DNA of 63,936 nt, filler included, from Perkinsus olseni (Eukaryota): assembly GCA_013115125.1 (NCBI GenBank). It is 3 parts of 3 records of this genome, joined end to end, with 100 filler letters (N's around TTAATTAATTAA, not from the genome) between each part and the next. Parts side by side here need not be neighbours in the genome. Positions count along the whole stretch, not along the records: positions 1 to 22,145 come from JABANN010000544.1; positions 22,246 to 44,382 come from JABANN010000545.1; 1 more part is not named here. One strand, 5' to 3'. Positions 12,759 through 26,087 of this stretch are shown piece after piece. Numbering within the stretch: the first letter of the stretch is position 1; every line of letters starts with the position of its first letter. The notes below the pieces were generated by a model. The model searched no databases. It saw nothing but the letters and a program-made list of their open reading frames with translations, and was not told the DNA's origin. The translations under genes were made by a program, and so were the position numbers.

Positions 12759-15700
12759 ATGACGACAACAACTATTACCTTCCTCAGTCCTTTAGTTCGG
12801 GTAGTGGGAGTTGCGTTTATTATACCAAGAGATTCCGGGAGTTGGAAAGACCTGTACGGAGGCGTCTACTGTCGTGAACCAAAAGGCCCCCGGTTCGAAC
12901 CCCGAGAGGTGCATTTTCATGCCTGTAATTTTGAGATGTTGCGGGTGTTTTGAGTATGACTAATCGCTCTCCGGTGGTGAACTCATCTGCCGAGCAGCTA
13001 GTGTTGTATCGTCATAAGCGGGCCTTGCAGAATCTACTTCGGAAGTGGCTGGAGAGACTCTCCGCGAAGAGTATTGTTAGTGGAGGGCGGCAGCCTCACG
13101 GGAGCGCTACCTTCCATAGAGGTGTGGCCCGGGTTCGATCCCTGGTGAGGGTATTTCCGTGCATTCCTAAGGTACAGGGCTGAAGAATAGTCAGCTGGAG
13201 CAGCTGTGGACCGCCCTTTTTGGTTACCATTGCGAGTCCATCAATGAGCTGCAGTTCTTGCATGCTGTCGAGACCAGCGACGGGTTCCCTGATGAATGGA
13301 CTTATCGGGAGAAGGTGGGAGCGAAGGCTCGGGGATGACCATCGGTTGTCGAGTAGAACATCTGATTGGCGACTTCGTGATGAGACCGACTCATTGAAAA
13401 CACAACGCCCGAGTTTCGCCGTTTTCTCGTCATGCGCCACTCAGTTGTTACTGCTGTCTAATCTGTCGTCTTTCGGAGAACTGTCCAGCTGGTCTCGTTG
13501 CCAGCGGTGCAAATGAGGCCTGGCTGACTTGATTCGATGGTCGAATTTTCACGAGACGGGCTGCCTGTGGACGTCCCGTTATTTCCATTTTTCAGGTGGA
13601 TCTTTACCGACTCCTTTGGTTCTCCTGTTGCCGTGGATCAGCACTGGATGGGCTCGGCACGATATTGACCTCCCTGGCATCCCCTAGCGAGCTGTCGGCC
13701 AAGTTGCGGCTCTCGAGGGAGTTCTGGCTGCAATGCGAGGTCCTCATGTTATTACCAGGTAGCGTGGGCTTCACTCAGTGGGGATCGTCGGAATTTCGTG
13801 GCGCGCGGTCAAATTTTGGGTACTGCCTTTAGTATAGATTGTATGCCGATGCTGAAAGTCAGAATTTCTCGTTGCGAAGCAGTTTCAAAATCGAGAGCTC
13901 CGCCTTCGGTGTTGTTCTGGTGGGGGGACGGACTGTTTGGCGACACGCCTTCAACACCGTCTTCTTATCGAAGATGGGGGCTTGTGATGACTGCGCGCTA
14001 CACCATTTCGCGATCAAATCAAATAAATTCGAGAAGCGGTGTAGAGGCCGTAACTTCTTAGCAACAGAGGCTTTGTGGCGAACATTTTGGTACAGGGTAG
14101 AACTTTACCCTTTTTGCTGAGTTGGACTGTGCGAAATTGAATATCGATTCAGTGCCGGAACCGAACCTGGGGTCTTTGTCTAGGACGCCTGGATGCCTGA
14201 CCGTTGTGCCATTTCAGCGAATAATCCGAAGTTTTGCCTCTCTCCGACGGTCTCCTGCGATGATGTGGACATGATCTGCACTGATGTTGCCCGAGCTGTG
14301 GCCTACCGACGGAACGATCTGTAGTGAGGGGATTGGTCAACTGTGCCGAGCGAATTCACCGGGCTGGACTCTTTGGGATCGCTCGGAAATGTCTTCCTTT
14401 TCCCGATTAAAGTCTTCGTATCAACTTTCTGCTGCTGTGAGGAAGAGTGTACTTTCCCTTGTTTTTTCCATGTGAATGTGATTGTAGCATAAACCACCTC
14501 TGGCAGAATCTTAGTCTCGGGATACTGTAGGAGGTTTTACTCGTGTGTCGAAGTTGCTCTCCCTATCGCTATAAATATGTCGTATCATTTGTCATTGTTC
14601 AATTCTCTGCTGTGCGGAAAAATATCTTTTGTTCGAATGGTTGTTACCCCCTGCCTCAAGGTCCATGTTGGACATAACGAGTAGCGAGTTGACATCAGCT
14701 GAAGAAGTCCAGCTGCTGCCCGGTCGGCCGTACAGGCTGGCTTTGATACGGCAGGCCGTTGGGAGGATCGTCGAGGCCTACTGTCAGGATACTCGCATAC
14801 CCATGACATGTGAGATTAGGGTATTTTCGTGGCGCGCGAAGTGGTTCTTCCGGTGCATCAGCGATAGTACCTCCACCTGCACCGTCTCAAGACTCTCGGA
14901 AGGGACAGGGCGGCTCTAGCATCAGCGGAACCACAGTGAGTGGGGAGGGGGGCTGCGAGGATTCCACCGCCGAACTGTGATGAACTAGTTTGACGAGAAT
15001 CAGCATCCGGTCGTCCATTTTTGGACAGTCTGGGTTGATGATACGTCGAAGTTCTTTCTCCGATTCTCACGAACTCGGCTTTTCTCTCGGGAGCCGTTCT
15101 TGTGGGCTGCTACTTCCGAATCGCTGGTATTTTTCGATCAGTCTACAGCCTTTGAAGGGCCGTGGAGGACGGATGCCCTTTGTGAAGCGTGTTTGATGTG
15201 GGATAAGAGGTAGGGTGGACTCGTAGACTTTTCCCACTTCCCGTGGAGTTATCAGTAGAATATCGATCGCTCGTTTCACGTTATCAGCCATCATGTTCAA
15301 CTGAAGCGTTTCTCATACCACAATTCGCGCAAATCGGGGGGGGGGGGCTCGGGGCTTTCGAGTTGCTACTGGAACCAGTCGTGTGGAGGCGCGGCAATGA
15401 GACACTTCGTGCTCTTTCTTATCGTCGGAGCGAAGCGCATGAGAGGTTTTCTCAGGAGAGTGGAATACGGTGTCTTGGCCAACGGAGACTTTCACACCAA
15501 CGCCCGCCGGCCATTGCCAGCATGGATGGTGAAGACTTTGGAGGAACGTCTTGCAAGTGGTAGTAATTCGTCGAGGAAATGCAAGTGTTCTAGATTGGGC
15601 AAGCGGCTCTGGCCTGTGCTTCAGGTGAACAATCGAGCGACTTGCCGGTTGGGAAGTCAGCAGCTCGGTAAGGTAGCCTAGGGTCGACCTTGGATACTTT

Positions 15701-16589
15701 TTTGACCAAAAATATTTCGTCAGGGCCAGCACGCTGGAGAGAGTAATAGCTAAACATGAGGCGGAATGGAGGAAATTTGGTAGTCCTTTTTCACCGGGCG
15801 AGCGAGATTTTCTCGCTGATTTTTCGGGATATCCGAGGTTGATGCTGGCTCATAACAGAATGAACACCTTCTCTGTTCATCACGCATACTGTTTGATATC
15901 GCGACATTGACCGGTACTTTGAGATAAAACTTTCGCCTCTGTTTCGGAATGAGCCTATCAGAGCGGAAGGGGATTCGTTCTGTCTGCTGATCTGATCAGC
16001 CTGATCAGGACGGCCGTCGCAGCTGCTAGATTCAGCGTATGAGGCGTCGGAAAGGGGGAGTGACAGTAGGGCCTCTTCTTCGTATGTGGTGGGATCGGAC
16101 GTCGCGGGGTCGGAAACTCGAAAGCCTCGAAAAAAGCCACAACTGAGTGAGGAGAGCGAGAAGTCTGTTGAAGTACTGGATAGAGTGGGCATGAAGGTCG
16201 AAGATACGACTCCTGCGAGCAGCGTCAGTGCCGCGGGTTTCGCTACGCCCGGCCTACCTCAGCGCAGTGATGCTGCTTCTGTGGGAGACAGTGTGAACTC
16301 TTGGGGCGGCGGGTTGCGTGATGATGGTTCGGGCGGATGGACGGAGAGTTCTCCGCAGTGGAGGGGCGTACGGGAGCGGCAGTCGAGGGAGGCTTCGTTG
16401 GACGGCTCGGACGTGAGCAATGGAAAGATACGCGTGTCGCTCACCGGAAATATTAGCGAGTCATTGCGGGAGGGTGTTGGTGATGCTGCTGTGCTCGAGC
16501 CGTATTTGGCAGAGTTTGAGCGGAGCGAAGCAGCAGCTAGCTCGGTTGTGCAAGACGGAGCGTTGTTCTCCTTCGGGGTGAAGGGATGA
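12759..16589 (+). CDS. Hypothetical multi-exon protein (boundaries uncertain)
   Basis: Series of GT-AG-bounded open segments on + (around 12990-13121, 13596-13757, 14661-14809, 15397-15560) and a long Ser-rich terminal ORF 16086-16589. No recognisable domain. Confidence 0.35.
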
Positions 16590-17050
16590 TCCACATGCCG
16601 ATGCATGAGCGTATCTTAGGTCGACTCTGGCACAATTCGGAATGGTGGAGAATGATGTGATGTGTTGTGTTAGTCTGTTATCAATCGTACGGCTGTGATG
16701 CTTCTTAGAGATAGTGGCGACCAGCGGCGTGGGCGCTGGAGAATCCAGATGAGCTTCGATGACACCATTGCAGAGCTGGCGTTGCCGACCCTAGCGCCGT
16801 CGTTGTGTGGCGCTGCTAGTCCCAGTAGAACTCCGTCGCACGGTCTCACACCTACGGACGCACGATGATCCGATCGGCTCATTTTGCTCTGACTGATAAT
16901 ACCGTACATTCACCTGATCGTAACCTCCATACAGCGGGGTGATTGTTGGAGTTGCACTTCCTCCTCCCAGGCCGCTGTTGTTGTTGTTGAGGGTTCTTCA
17001 GGTCGATCATCCGTCGATGGTCTCTGACAGTTGTATTAGGCTCTCCCAGG

Positions 17051-18548
17051 ATGGCAGATAACAAGGCGAACTGTCAGGGTAAAGCTGCATCGTTTACCAA
17101 TGAGTTTGGAGATGACTATGCTGAGCACTCCGCCGTCTTTGCCAAGGGTAACGTTCGCCTGGTAGCTATGGACGCTGATATTTTCCATCATCAGATGCTG
17201 ATGCCGAGCACATGGAGATGATGGGGGTGCCCGTGAGAGACGTTATCATGCCGGCTATTGAAGAGGCTTTGAGGGACCTTGGTGGGAAGGCACTGAAAGA
17301 AGCAAAGGTGAGCTTGTTTGACGTAGTTTCTTCCGTGTACGTTTCCTCAGCGGTTCCCTATCCTGGGGTATATTCTCGCATTCGATAAGGAAGGTTGACT
17401 CTCGTCTTTCTCACTGTGTCAAGATACTCGAAATCGGTTGCGGCACTGGAAGTATCCTCGACGTTCTCAGACTGGAAGGAGCTAACCCGGATTTTCTGTA
17501 CGGTGTGGACCTAAACGAGAAGAGCGTCGCCATCGCCAAAGCAAATCACAATTTCCATGTAGGTCTCCTGCTCTCCTACAGTACACGTTACCGCATGTGA
17601 AATATATGCTGTTCCTTGACGCAGGAAATTTGCAGGTGGTCATTCATCGCTTGAGTCAGCTGGTGAAGTCGAGGAAGATATCTTCTGATAGACAGTCTAT
17701 CCTAGACTTTCAACGATGGTCATTAGTCAGTCTTGATTGCGGTTGAATTTGAGACGACTGGGGAAAAAATTAAAATTACTTCGTACTTTTCTTTCAATCA
17801 TGTGTACGGGACCTGACGGGAGAATGCCCAGAGCCTAGGGATTTCGTGGTGATACGTTCTTCGATTCATTCGATCTGGCCAAGATTCTCGGGATAGCGTC
17901 AGCCAAGGTCGCGGTGACGCGACTAGAGGTTTGAGCTTGAATTCTTGTAATTCCTCAACGCTTACCGGTGACGGCACAAGACTGGTGTTCAAAAGACAAA
18001 TTCTGAAACTTCAGTGAAGTTAATTTTAAAACCACTCCCACTGGGAGTCTCCCAGTTTTTACACATTTTACGTGTAAAAAATTGACTCCGAAATTGATAC
18101 TGAGGGCTACTTCACGAAAGAGCGACGGCCCATCTCTATTGCTGTTGCTTCACCGTTGTTGGCATTGAATTTCTTTGTTGAGTACCGCTCCCTGCGTTCC
18201 TCGTAGGTCCAACTCGTCGAGGGGTACGACTACGTCCTTCCTGGTAACCCTGTCCTTGACATCGTCCTCTGCAAGCAATGCCTCAATCACGTCCCGCCGG
18301 CGGACTACGACGAGTTTTTTGATAAAATCCGTCGGTTGCATCCTAAGTACTTTATTTTCAGTGAGGGCATCAATCCCAACGGCTACGAGGCGAATCCTTG
18401 GGGACCATGGACCTTCCATACGAATGATTTTTTAAGGTTGTGTAGTCACCGATTCGGTGAGCCAATTTACGTTGAGAATTTTGTGGCGAAAGAACCTGAG
18501 ATGTTCGCGCCGTTGACCCATGATACTACAGCGGTTTTCAGACTTTGA
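17051..18548 (+). CDS. Class I SAM-dependent methyltransferase (4 exons)
   Basis: MADNKANC... then ILEIGCGTG (motif I), LYGVDLNEKSVAIAK (acidic post-I motif) and LDIVLCKQCLNHV. Stop TGA at 18546-18548. Confidence 0.85.
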
Positions 18549-18883
18549 GTACGTCGATTGAAGTCCTTCTTGTTCTCTACCGGTTCTATCAGTTTTCATG
18601 CGGCAATGTTGAGGTTGAGTTTTATTGGAGTTTGGTAGTAGTCAGGTGTCGAGCTTCCCGTTGCTTTGGCGCGGATGAAGCTGCCCGCCGGGAATGTACT
18701 GAATGGTATGCGTCAGTGAGGTCGGCGTGGTGAAGTGAAGGTACCGAATAATCATAGGAAAGATTCTCTTATAAGTGATACCCATTGGGAACGCCCGAGG
18801 GATATGGACGGTGGAATTTTGAGATTCTGTCCAACTTTACTCAAGGAACCTCTACCAGCCTAAAATGATACAGGGTGGAATCT

Positions 18884-19195
18884 GTGTTACGCTCCGTCTG
18901 TGTTAATGCAGGCATCGTGGTCTGGGCATCGGCTCTCATAAGATCCTTATCACAAGGTCCCGGTGTCCCACGTATGAGTAAGAAGGCTACGACCGTCTCT
19001 TTCGAAATTCGAGGCGTCATTAATACAACATTCTAGCGTCAGTGTAAAATTGTAATTCAGAGTGTAGTGTTACGCTCCGGCTATGTTTATGCGTGCAGAG
19101 TAGTCTGGGTCGGTATGCAACAGCTCTTCCATAAGATCCATCTCACAAGCTCCCTTCGGCCTTGTGTTACACGTGTGGGTAAGAAGACTACAACA
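18884..19195. repeat. Diverged direct repeat (about 110-130 bp, 2 copies)
   Basis: GTGTTACGCTCCG...GTCTGGG...CATAAGATCC...CACAAG...GTAAGAAG occurs at 18884-18992 and 19067-19195. Confidence 0.75.
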
Positions 19196-19831
19196 TGTAG
19201 GTATCCGAAGTCTCTGTACGCGTTCGGGTTTCATTCGGCGTCACTGGTTGGTCCATGCGCACGCGTGCGGCTTGAGAGGCAGGCTGGTTACTTGTTTGAA
19301 ATTTCCAAATTGAAATCGTCAGATCATCCGGTGTGCGATCACGCTCACGGTACGAGTCGAACTCCTGTTAATGGCATTCTGCGCCCGAGTAGATTTATCA
19401 GCCTTGGATCGCCGAGTGTCGAGGCCTTAGTGTCTGTGGTGGTGGCTCGAGACTGGAAGGTGCTCTCTCCGTTCAGAGGTGGTCTCAGCGGCCAGGTGAG
19501 GGGTTCTCGCAGCCTGCGTTCGTCGCTGACGCGCTTTGCAAGGTGCAAAAGCCAGTAGTGGTACGCGTTATGATGTGACTCCACTGAACGGGCTAGACCT
19601 CACCTCTGCTTGTCTAACGGTATGCGGGCTCCTATGTGCATGCGTGCAAGGAGAAAATCTTAGCTTGACCCCTGATGATGATAAATTGACTGTCCGGAAT
19701 TTGAATTTATCGCGGTGGTTATAGAGGCCCACTTTATGGTAGCATACGCTGGTTGCCCGCTGTGGACTGGTTGGCACAGTCGCCGGACTTTCTCGAACCT
19801 TACAGAGCATCTTAGTGAATTTCTAGTATCT

Positions 19832-21993
19832 ATGACGCTGCGATCTGTCATCGTCAACCTTGCAGCTGCCCTCATGAGTGTCTATTTGTTGCGGCATCTT
19901 TTTGGATGTAGCAGCTCTTCGAAGAACACCACAAAAGCACCAGAAAATCCCACCTCCTCGCCCGGTGACATGCAAGTTCAAGGGTGAGTTGAAGTCATCG
20001 TCACTTGACGGTTCTGTCACCTGGTGAGAAATGCATTAGGTTCACTACCACGCCGACTGGGAAGAAATGGTCTCCGATGGTAGCGCGCGTCTCGGGGGGA
20101 GCGGCTGGCTCGCCTAAGGTGAAGGTTAAAACCGGTGAGTATCTCAGCTGTTGCGATGCCTTCGACAGGTTTGCGTTCTCAGATGCAGTGGACGATTGGC
20201 CGATTATAGGCTTCGGTGGTAGCGTCCCTGAGATGCCCGGGTGGACTATGGGCAACCTGAGTCTTAGTGAGGAGCAGCGGCAACCTTTTTTTGATATGTA
20301 AGTGCCGGAGCATTCGGTTGAACTCCATCACGGAAGAGCGATGAGATTCCCGTTTTCGTATTGCCGCTGTCGCTGAAGAGTGTAACAACAAACGAATGCG
20401 AGGGTACAACGATAAAGTGAAAGATGAGAACTACGAATATTATTGCTTTGACGAAGGATAGCGTTGGGAATCATCGCTAGGGAGACACTAGACATTCGTG
20501 TGTAATAGTGATACTCTGGAGCAATGTGAATGACGCATCGTCTTTCATGATTACTCATCCGCAGGTACTTCGGTGATGACGGAGCCAGATACAATTTCCT
20601 TCGCCTTTGTATTCATACGACTTTTGACGATTATACTTTCGCTGATGTGCCGGACGACTTCAATTTGGATCATTTCGATTATAATGTCACGGGTGATCGC
20701 GAAAATTACAAGTTTCAAACCGTTAAGAAAGTTCAGGAAATGGTGCCGGATCTTACGATAATAGGTGGGGTATAGCTGGAAGGCAGTTCTCGTTATGAGG
20801 GCGCTTCTTTTTTAGGCAGCGCTTGGTCACCGCCGTCGTGGATGAAACTCGGCGACCACAGTATGGATGGCAGTCCGAATCCATGCCTTAAGAGGGATCC
20901 AAGATACCACCAGGTGTGGGCTAAGTACCTTGTTACATGGGTAGGTAGCGATCATTGGCTACCCTCTTCAGCTCCACTCAGGTCGACGCATACGAGAGGC
21001 TTGGAGTGCCAATATGGGCCATCACGCAGCAGAATGAGCCGCAGTAGGGCGACTGTTCTTCGAGGCCAGGAGGAGCATTCTCCTGCTGCAGGAACTACTT
21101 CACACAAGACTGGGCGACTTGTATCTTCGAGCCCGAGGCCCAACTTGCCTTCATTCGAGATCACCTGGGCCCCGCTATGAAGGCGGCTAATAAAAGCACC
21201 AAACTGTTCTTTAATGATGATGTTAAAACCTTCCTCCCAGACGTGGCGAAGCTGGTCCTCGAGGATGAAGTTGCTGCTAAGTAGTCTCAGAGCGGCGGTG
21301 CATTAGCGATGGGTGCCGAGGCCCTCTGTCAGGTTTGTGGACGGCGCCGCAGTCCACTGGTATACATTCGACCAGTACGCTGCCTTGAAGGGCTATAAGG
21401 AAAAGTATCTCGACAAGTATCTTCTCATCAGCACCGAAGCGAGTGAGTTAACCTTTCGATCCTGTATGCGATATTCACTATCTCGTAGTGGTAGTTGTAC
21501 GAAGCATAGTTAGCATGGGCTGATAGTGAGCGAGGTAGAGCCGGTTGATTGTGCCGAGTAGTTGAAAGAATTGGAGACAATAATGAGACGAGAAGAAAAT
21601 AGTTGATAATGAGACGCAAGTATAATGACGATAGTGAGGCACAGTTCAATTGCGTTACGTAGACAGTAGTGATGTCGAACTTCTCAGCCAACTCGGATCC
21701 ATCAGTGCAGCTGGAGTACGTCACAGACTGGGACCGAGCGATGCATTATGTTCACGGCACGATAGTTGACTTTGTTCATGGAGGATCTACTGTGTTCATG
21801 GATTGGAGCATGGCTGGGGTGAGTCGTCGGGTTTGTGTACGATGGAGTTTCCCACCGCCATCGATTGCCTTGGTTTGCTCGTGAAAGTGTATTATGTGGA
21901 TCCGGTCGACCATGATGATGGGTAGCTTTCTTGGATATTTCGCCTGTTCAGGATAGAGACCTCGTAACAGTCCATGACAACGGCACAATAAGG
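19832..21993 (+). CDS. Glucosylceramidase-like glycoside hydrolase family 30, 3' end lost in the assembly gap
   Basis: N-terminal hydrophobic segment, IIGFGGS, YFGDDGARYNFLR, AWSPPSWMK, WAITQQNEP (acid/base Glu), GAAVHWY, ISTEA (nucleophile Glu), FMDW. Confidence 0.88.
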
Positions 21994-22145
21994 GTGAGTC
22001 ACTCTACACCTTTTCCCGGGCAAATAAAATGCTTTTTCGTTCGGTTTAAACCATTTTGATAGCAATTTAGCCAGTGTCATTGGAATTAAAAAATTGTCAA
22101 ACCAAATTCGTTTTGCCACCCAAATTAATATTATGAGCAAATATG

Positions 22146-22245
22146 NNNNNNNNNNNNNNNNNNNNNNNNNNNNNNNNNNNNNNNNNNNNTTAATTAATTA
22201 ANNNNNNNNNNNNNNNNNNNNNNNNNNNNNNNNNNNNNNNNNNNN
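22146..22245. other. Assembly gap containing an artificial TTAATTAATTAA all-frame stop linker
   Basis: N-run with TTAATTAATTAA at 22190-22201. The same structure occurs at 44383-44482. Confidence 0.95.
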
Positions 22246-22405
22246 GGGGTTTTATGGTCACATGTCGCGAAAAATGGTTTGGGCAGGAAAGAGCTGTTGT
22301 CCAAAGGAGCGCTGACGCCCTTGGGTAATGGAAGCATAACGCCGCCAAGCTTTGCATTGTGCTTCAGACGTTGTAAAATTGTTGTTGATAATAATAGCGA
22401 TCACT

Positions 22406-24988
22406 ATGGTGTATACCTTTTCCTCTGATCAAGTGATGCATCAAGTGATGCATCAAGCGATAGTCACAGCCGTTACCTGTGCATTGGCCGGCATTCCAGC
22501 ATTATTCCCAATCCCTCACCGCTACATCCAGTTCTATTTAGTAATACTCTATTCGTTTGCTTGGCACTTATATCATCATTTTTCAGCTCGAACCTCCGAT
22601 CTGGGCCGGCTTCAACACCATCCTTGATTTCAAGGCCTCCTTGTTGTTCTTCCTGCGCGGTATCGTCGGCACCTGGCTGGCAACGGGCCTGGGCTGCCTC
22701 CTGCACTTGGTGGTATCTTCTATTTGTGCCGCCCTCGACGTTGGATACTTCCACATCTGGGCGATGGTTATCGCTCTTCCACTCACCTATTTCATAGCCC
22801 TCTCCCATCCTGACGCCGGCTGCAAACTCTCTGAAGTCATCAACTACGTCACCGCCATCATCTCTCTTTACGTCCCTATTGCCATTGAGATAACAGGGCA
22901 CCCCTACCTAGAGGGTCTGTGGAACGCCATTCTGGTGTCCTATGGTTTGACCTGTGGATTTCTCCCTGTTTTCATTCTCCACCTCTTGAACTGGTTGCCA
23001 ACACCAACTTCAAATCCCCTGCAAAAATTCAACTCGGCCACGGCCGATTATTTTGACGTCCTGAGCGCGTACGTCGTCAGCGGTGCGGAGAATCTTTACA
23101 CCATTGACAACCATCATGTCGACTATGACAGATCTCTAACGGCTGCCAGTGCTTACCTCAAGGACGATAGGCTCCGGAGTATCATCTGGCGGATGGCCAG
23201 TGCGCTTTATTCCCTGAGGAAGTCCATCACGGCTGGCACATACGACGAGCTCATCGTCGAGGGCCTGTGGAGACCGGTGTCTGCCAATTTACTCGAGTTA
23301 CGCTCGCAGAATCGAGCAGTGCTTCGGGTGGCTTCGGGGAGGGCTTCAGCGGCCGCAGGCGGGGTCCCGAATTTGATGGCGACAGCGGTAAAATGCAAAG
23401 AGAGTTTTAATGAGGCTTCCATGGCCATGCAGAAGTCTATCAAAATGGGGGAGATGAAGTCGCTGGACACTGAGGGTATCACGAGGTTTCAATTCGCTAT
23501 TGAATCTATCCTGAGGTATGCAGAGCTTGCTGAAGAGTATTCGTTGGCTATGGCCAAGTTGAGGAAGAGACAGTTGGCTGATGATGACGAGGAGGTACTT
23601 GGGGGGGATGTGCTCATCGGAAGGTCTACCGGGTTGAATAGCTCAGTGTGTCATTATGCACTACAGCGGCCACATTGTGCTTCACTAGTTGCACGATATT
23701 TTTATACTACATGTTATACAGCTAGACTATGATCTTTGTGATGAATAGTACATAGCGTCTACTGGCGCCCGTATCCGCGATACCGTTGGAGCCAGTTAGC
23801 GCCATCAATTCCCCATAGGCCTCGTCATTCAACATGACTGTGTCGATGGATCGTGTGCTTTCAGATACAGTGGTGGCAATCCCTCCGGCTATGGTGGGAG
23901 GAGTTTACGTCTTGGGCCAAGACATGGTGGTCCCGTCCCTTCTTCAAGGATGATGGTTCATCAACAGCCGAGCATCTTCTATTTCCCTTAAAGGCCTCTC
24001 TAGCGACGACCATTGCAATCATCATACTCTTCCCATGGGGCAAAGTCAACGCCAGCGTCGATCGCAAGTTCCTCTGGATCTACTTAGCATCGTCGTACTG
24101 TGTTCTGCCCGTTGCCGGAGCATGCCTGTTGAAGTTGGGCCGCCGACTGGTCGGTCTCACAGGCGCTCTCATCTACGGTCTCATCTGCGTCGAGGCGAAC
24201 CCCTTCAATCACGCGGCCTTCTTCCTCGAGCTCATCATTCTCGGTTTTATCGGCGGTTTCGTCAAGGCCACGGCCCTCAGCTATGCAGGCTCTGTCTTTA
24301 TCCTGACTTGGACGATCGTCGCCTTCACCCCTTCGGTGGCTCTCGGCGAACCTCAGGCGGACATCCTCTGGGGCCTCGGTTGGCGATGTGCTCTCAATCT
24401 CGTTGGTATGAGTATTGCCTTTATTTTCTCCTGCGTTTTCTTCCCCGTCTACGCCATCTCGAGGCTGCAGCGAGTCTCTGCCCTCGCCCTTGGGTGTGCG
24501 GCGAACAAGATTCAGGACGCGGTCCAACAGCTGGCCAACGTGGGCCTGGCCCTCGACGCCGAGCTAGTCTTGATCGATGAGAGGGAGGGCGTCGGTCGAG
24601 AGCTTTCGGCAATTTCCAACCGCCGGGCCTCGCTATTGGGCGATGCAGAAGCAGAAGTGTCAGTGTTTGGTAAACTGTTCATGAAGGGCTCTTGCACGAG
24701 GTGTTTCCAAGTTCAACCTTTCATCGGTCAAATTACGACTGCGGCGCTGAGCGCCTACGGGGCAACAACAGCATGCGCGTTGAAGGAGGGCACATCTCAC
24801 GATTTGTTGGTCGCTTTGGCCCCGCACCTCAGAGACCTCGGGATTGCCTTGGGACGATCTGGCGAGAGAATGTTCGCTGGCTTGGCGAACGGTGAAGATT
24901 CGCGACGTATCTGGTTGAACGACGACGTCCATGTGGAGATGCTGCGGTGCTTGGACGCCTTTGAGGAGACGAGACGATGTATGCTTGG

Positions 24989-25026
<38 letters not shown>

Positions 25027-25310
25027 GTGGTGGTGGTGCTGCTGCTGCTGGTGGTGGTGGTGAATCGACCTCGAGAGATGAGACCGAAGCCTTGAGTGAT
25101 GATAATGCCGCTGATGCTAGTAGCTTGTCTTATGCCCTTTACTCTCTTCACCTCTTTATAGAGGAATGGAACTCCATTGAAACATTCTTGTTCGGTGATG
25201 ATCATGATACAGTGAGAGAAGTTGAACTTCACACAAGAGCTGTACCTCAGCTGTCGTCTTCACCAACTTCGGTTGCAGACGTGGAGACTTGTGACGGTTT
25301 TCGCGTGTGA
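22406..25310 (+). CDS. Multi-pass membrane protein, ALMT/FUSC (aromatic acid exporter)-like, two TM+helical modules
   Basis: Two long ORFs (22557-23732, 23853-25310), each with about 5-6 hydrophobic helices followed by a helical soluble region. Motifs LRGIVGTWLA and RRLVGLTGALIYG, and WRCALNLVG...CVFFPVYA, resemble FUSC/ALMT modules. Confidence 0.6.
24988..25061 (+). repeat. (GCT)n/(GGT)n coding microsatellite (poly-Ala/poly-Gly)
   Basis: Runs of GCT and GGT in frame in the 23853-25310 ORF. Confidence 0.9.
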
Positions 25311-26087
25311 TTGGCGCATTGGCCGTCACACCGGAAGACGGGTTTGTTCAGAGGCGATCGGAAAATCTGATTGCCTGATTGATTTCGACACCCTTTGTCG
25401 GCTGCCAATCTTTTACGTGTTTCTTCGTTAACTATGAACTCTGTTGCGTAATTTAGTGGAGGATTGGAACTCTCTCACGAATCGCCACCGGTCGCCAACT
25501 CTTTGATGAAGTGCAACAGCAAGACAGGTCGGGTACTTATCAGCAGGCATAGATCGCGTTCGAGCCCCTTGAGATAGGTCCTGCTGTTGAGCAGCTCGGC
25601 AGTTGTTTGGTGCGGACGAAGTCTGTCATGCCGCAGGCCGAGAGTGAACGAGCTAAAATAGTCACTCTCTCCGTGGGAGCCCGGTGGAAACGAAGTTGAA
25701 AAACTCTCTTTACTCGCTTTTCCACCTCCGGGACAAAATAGGTCTAAAATTGAAATGAATACTCGCTGGACCTCGCCTTGGGAGCCAGTTCGTGTTCACC
25801 GTTAGTGCCACGGTTCTGAGGACGCTCTTGGGAGTCTTCTTGAGTCGGTTACTCAATACATTATCGGAGACTTCATCGTCTCTCTGATGGGATCTGATGG
25901 CATAGAACAGTCATTCTAGTGAACGGAAGCACTTCACACTGCGGACTTCCTTGTCGCTGTATGTCTTAATCGAAGATCTTTTGCCATGCCAGAACAAAAT
26001 ACGCTTAAACGACTACCGGACACAAGGCAGGGCTCGGTAACAGACAACATGATGGACAACGGCACGATCTAATGCTCAGATATTCTT

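Noticed and set aside
22190-22201. TTAATTAATTAA palindrome within N-runs (also 44427-44438)
   Set aside because: Artificial scaffolding linker with stops in all frames; not biological.
21993-22245. GH30 gene as a truncated pseudogene
   Set aside because: The missing C-terminus coincides with an assembly gap.
24660-25232. Antisense ORF with poly-Ser/Thr, and poly-Asp/poly-Met ORFs at 28010-28352
   Set aside because: Shadows of trinucleotide microsatellites.
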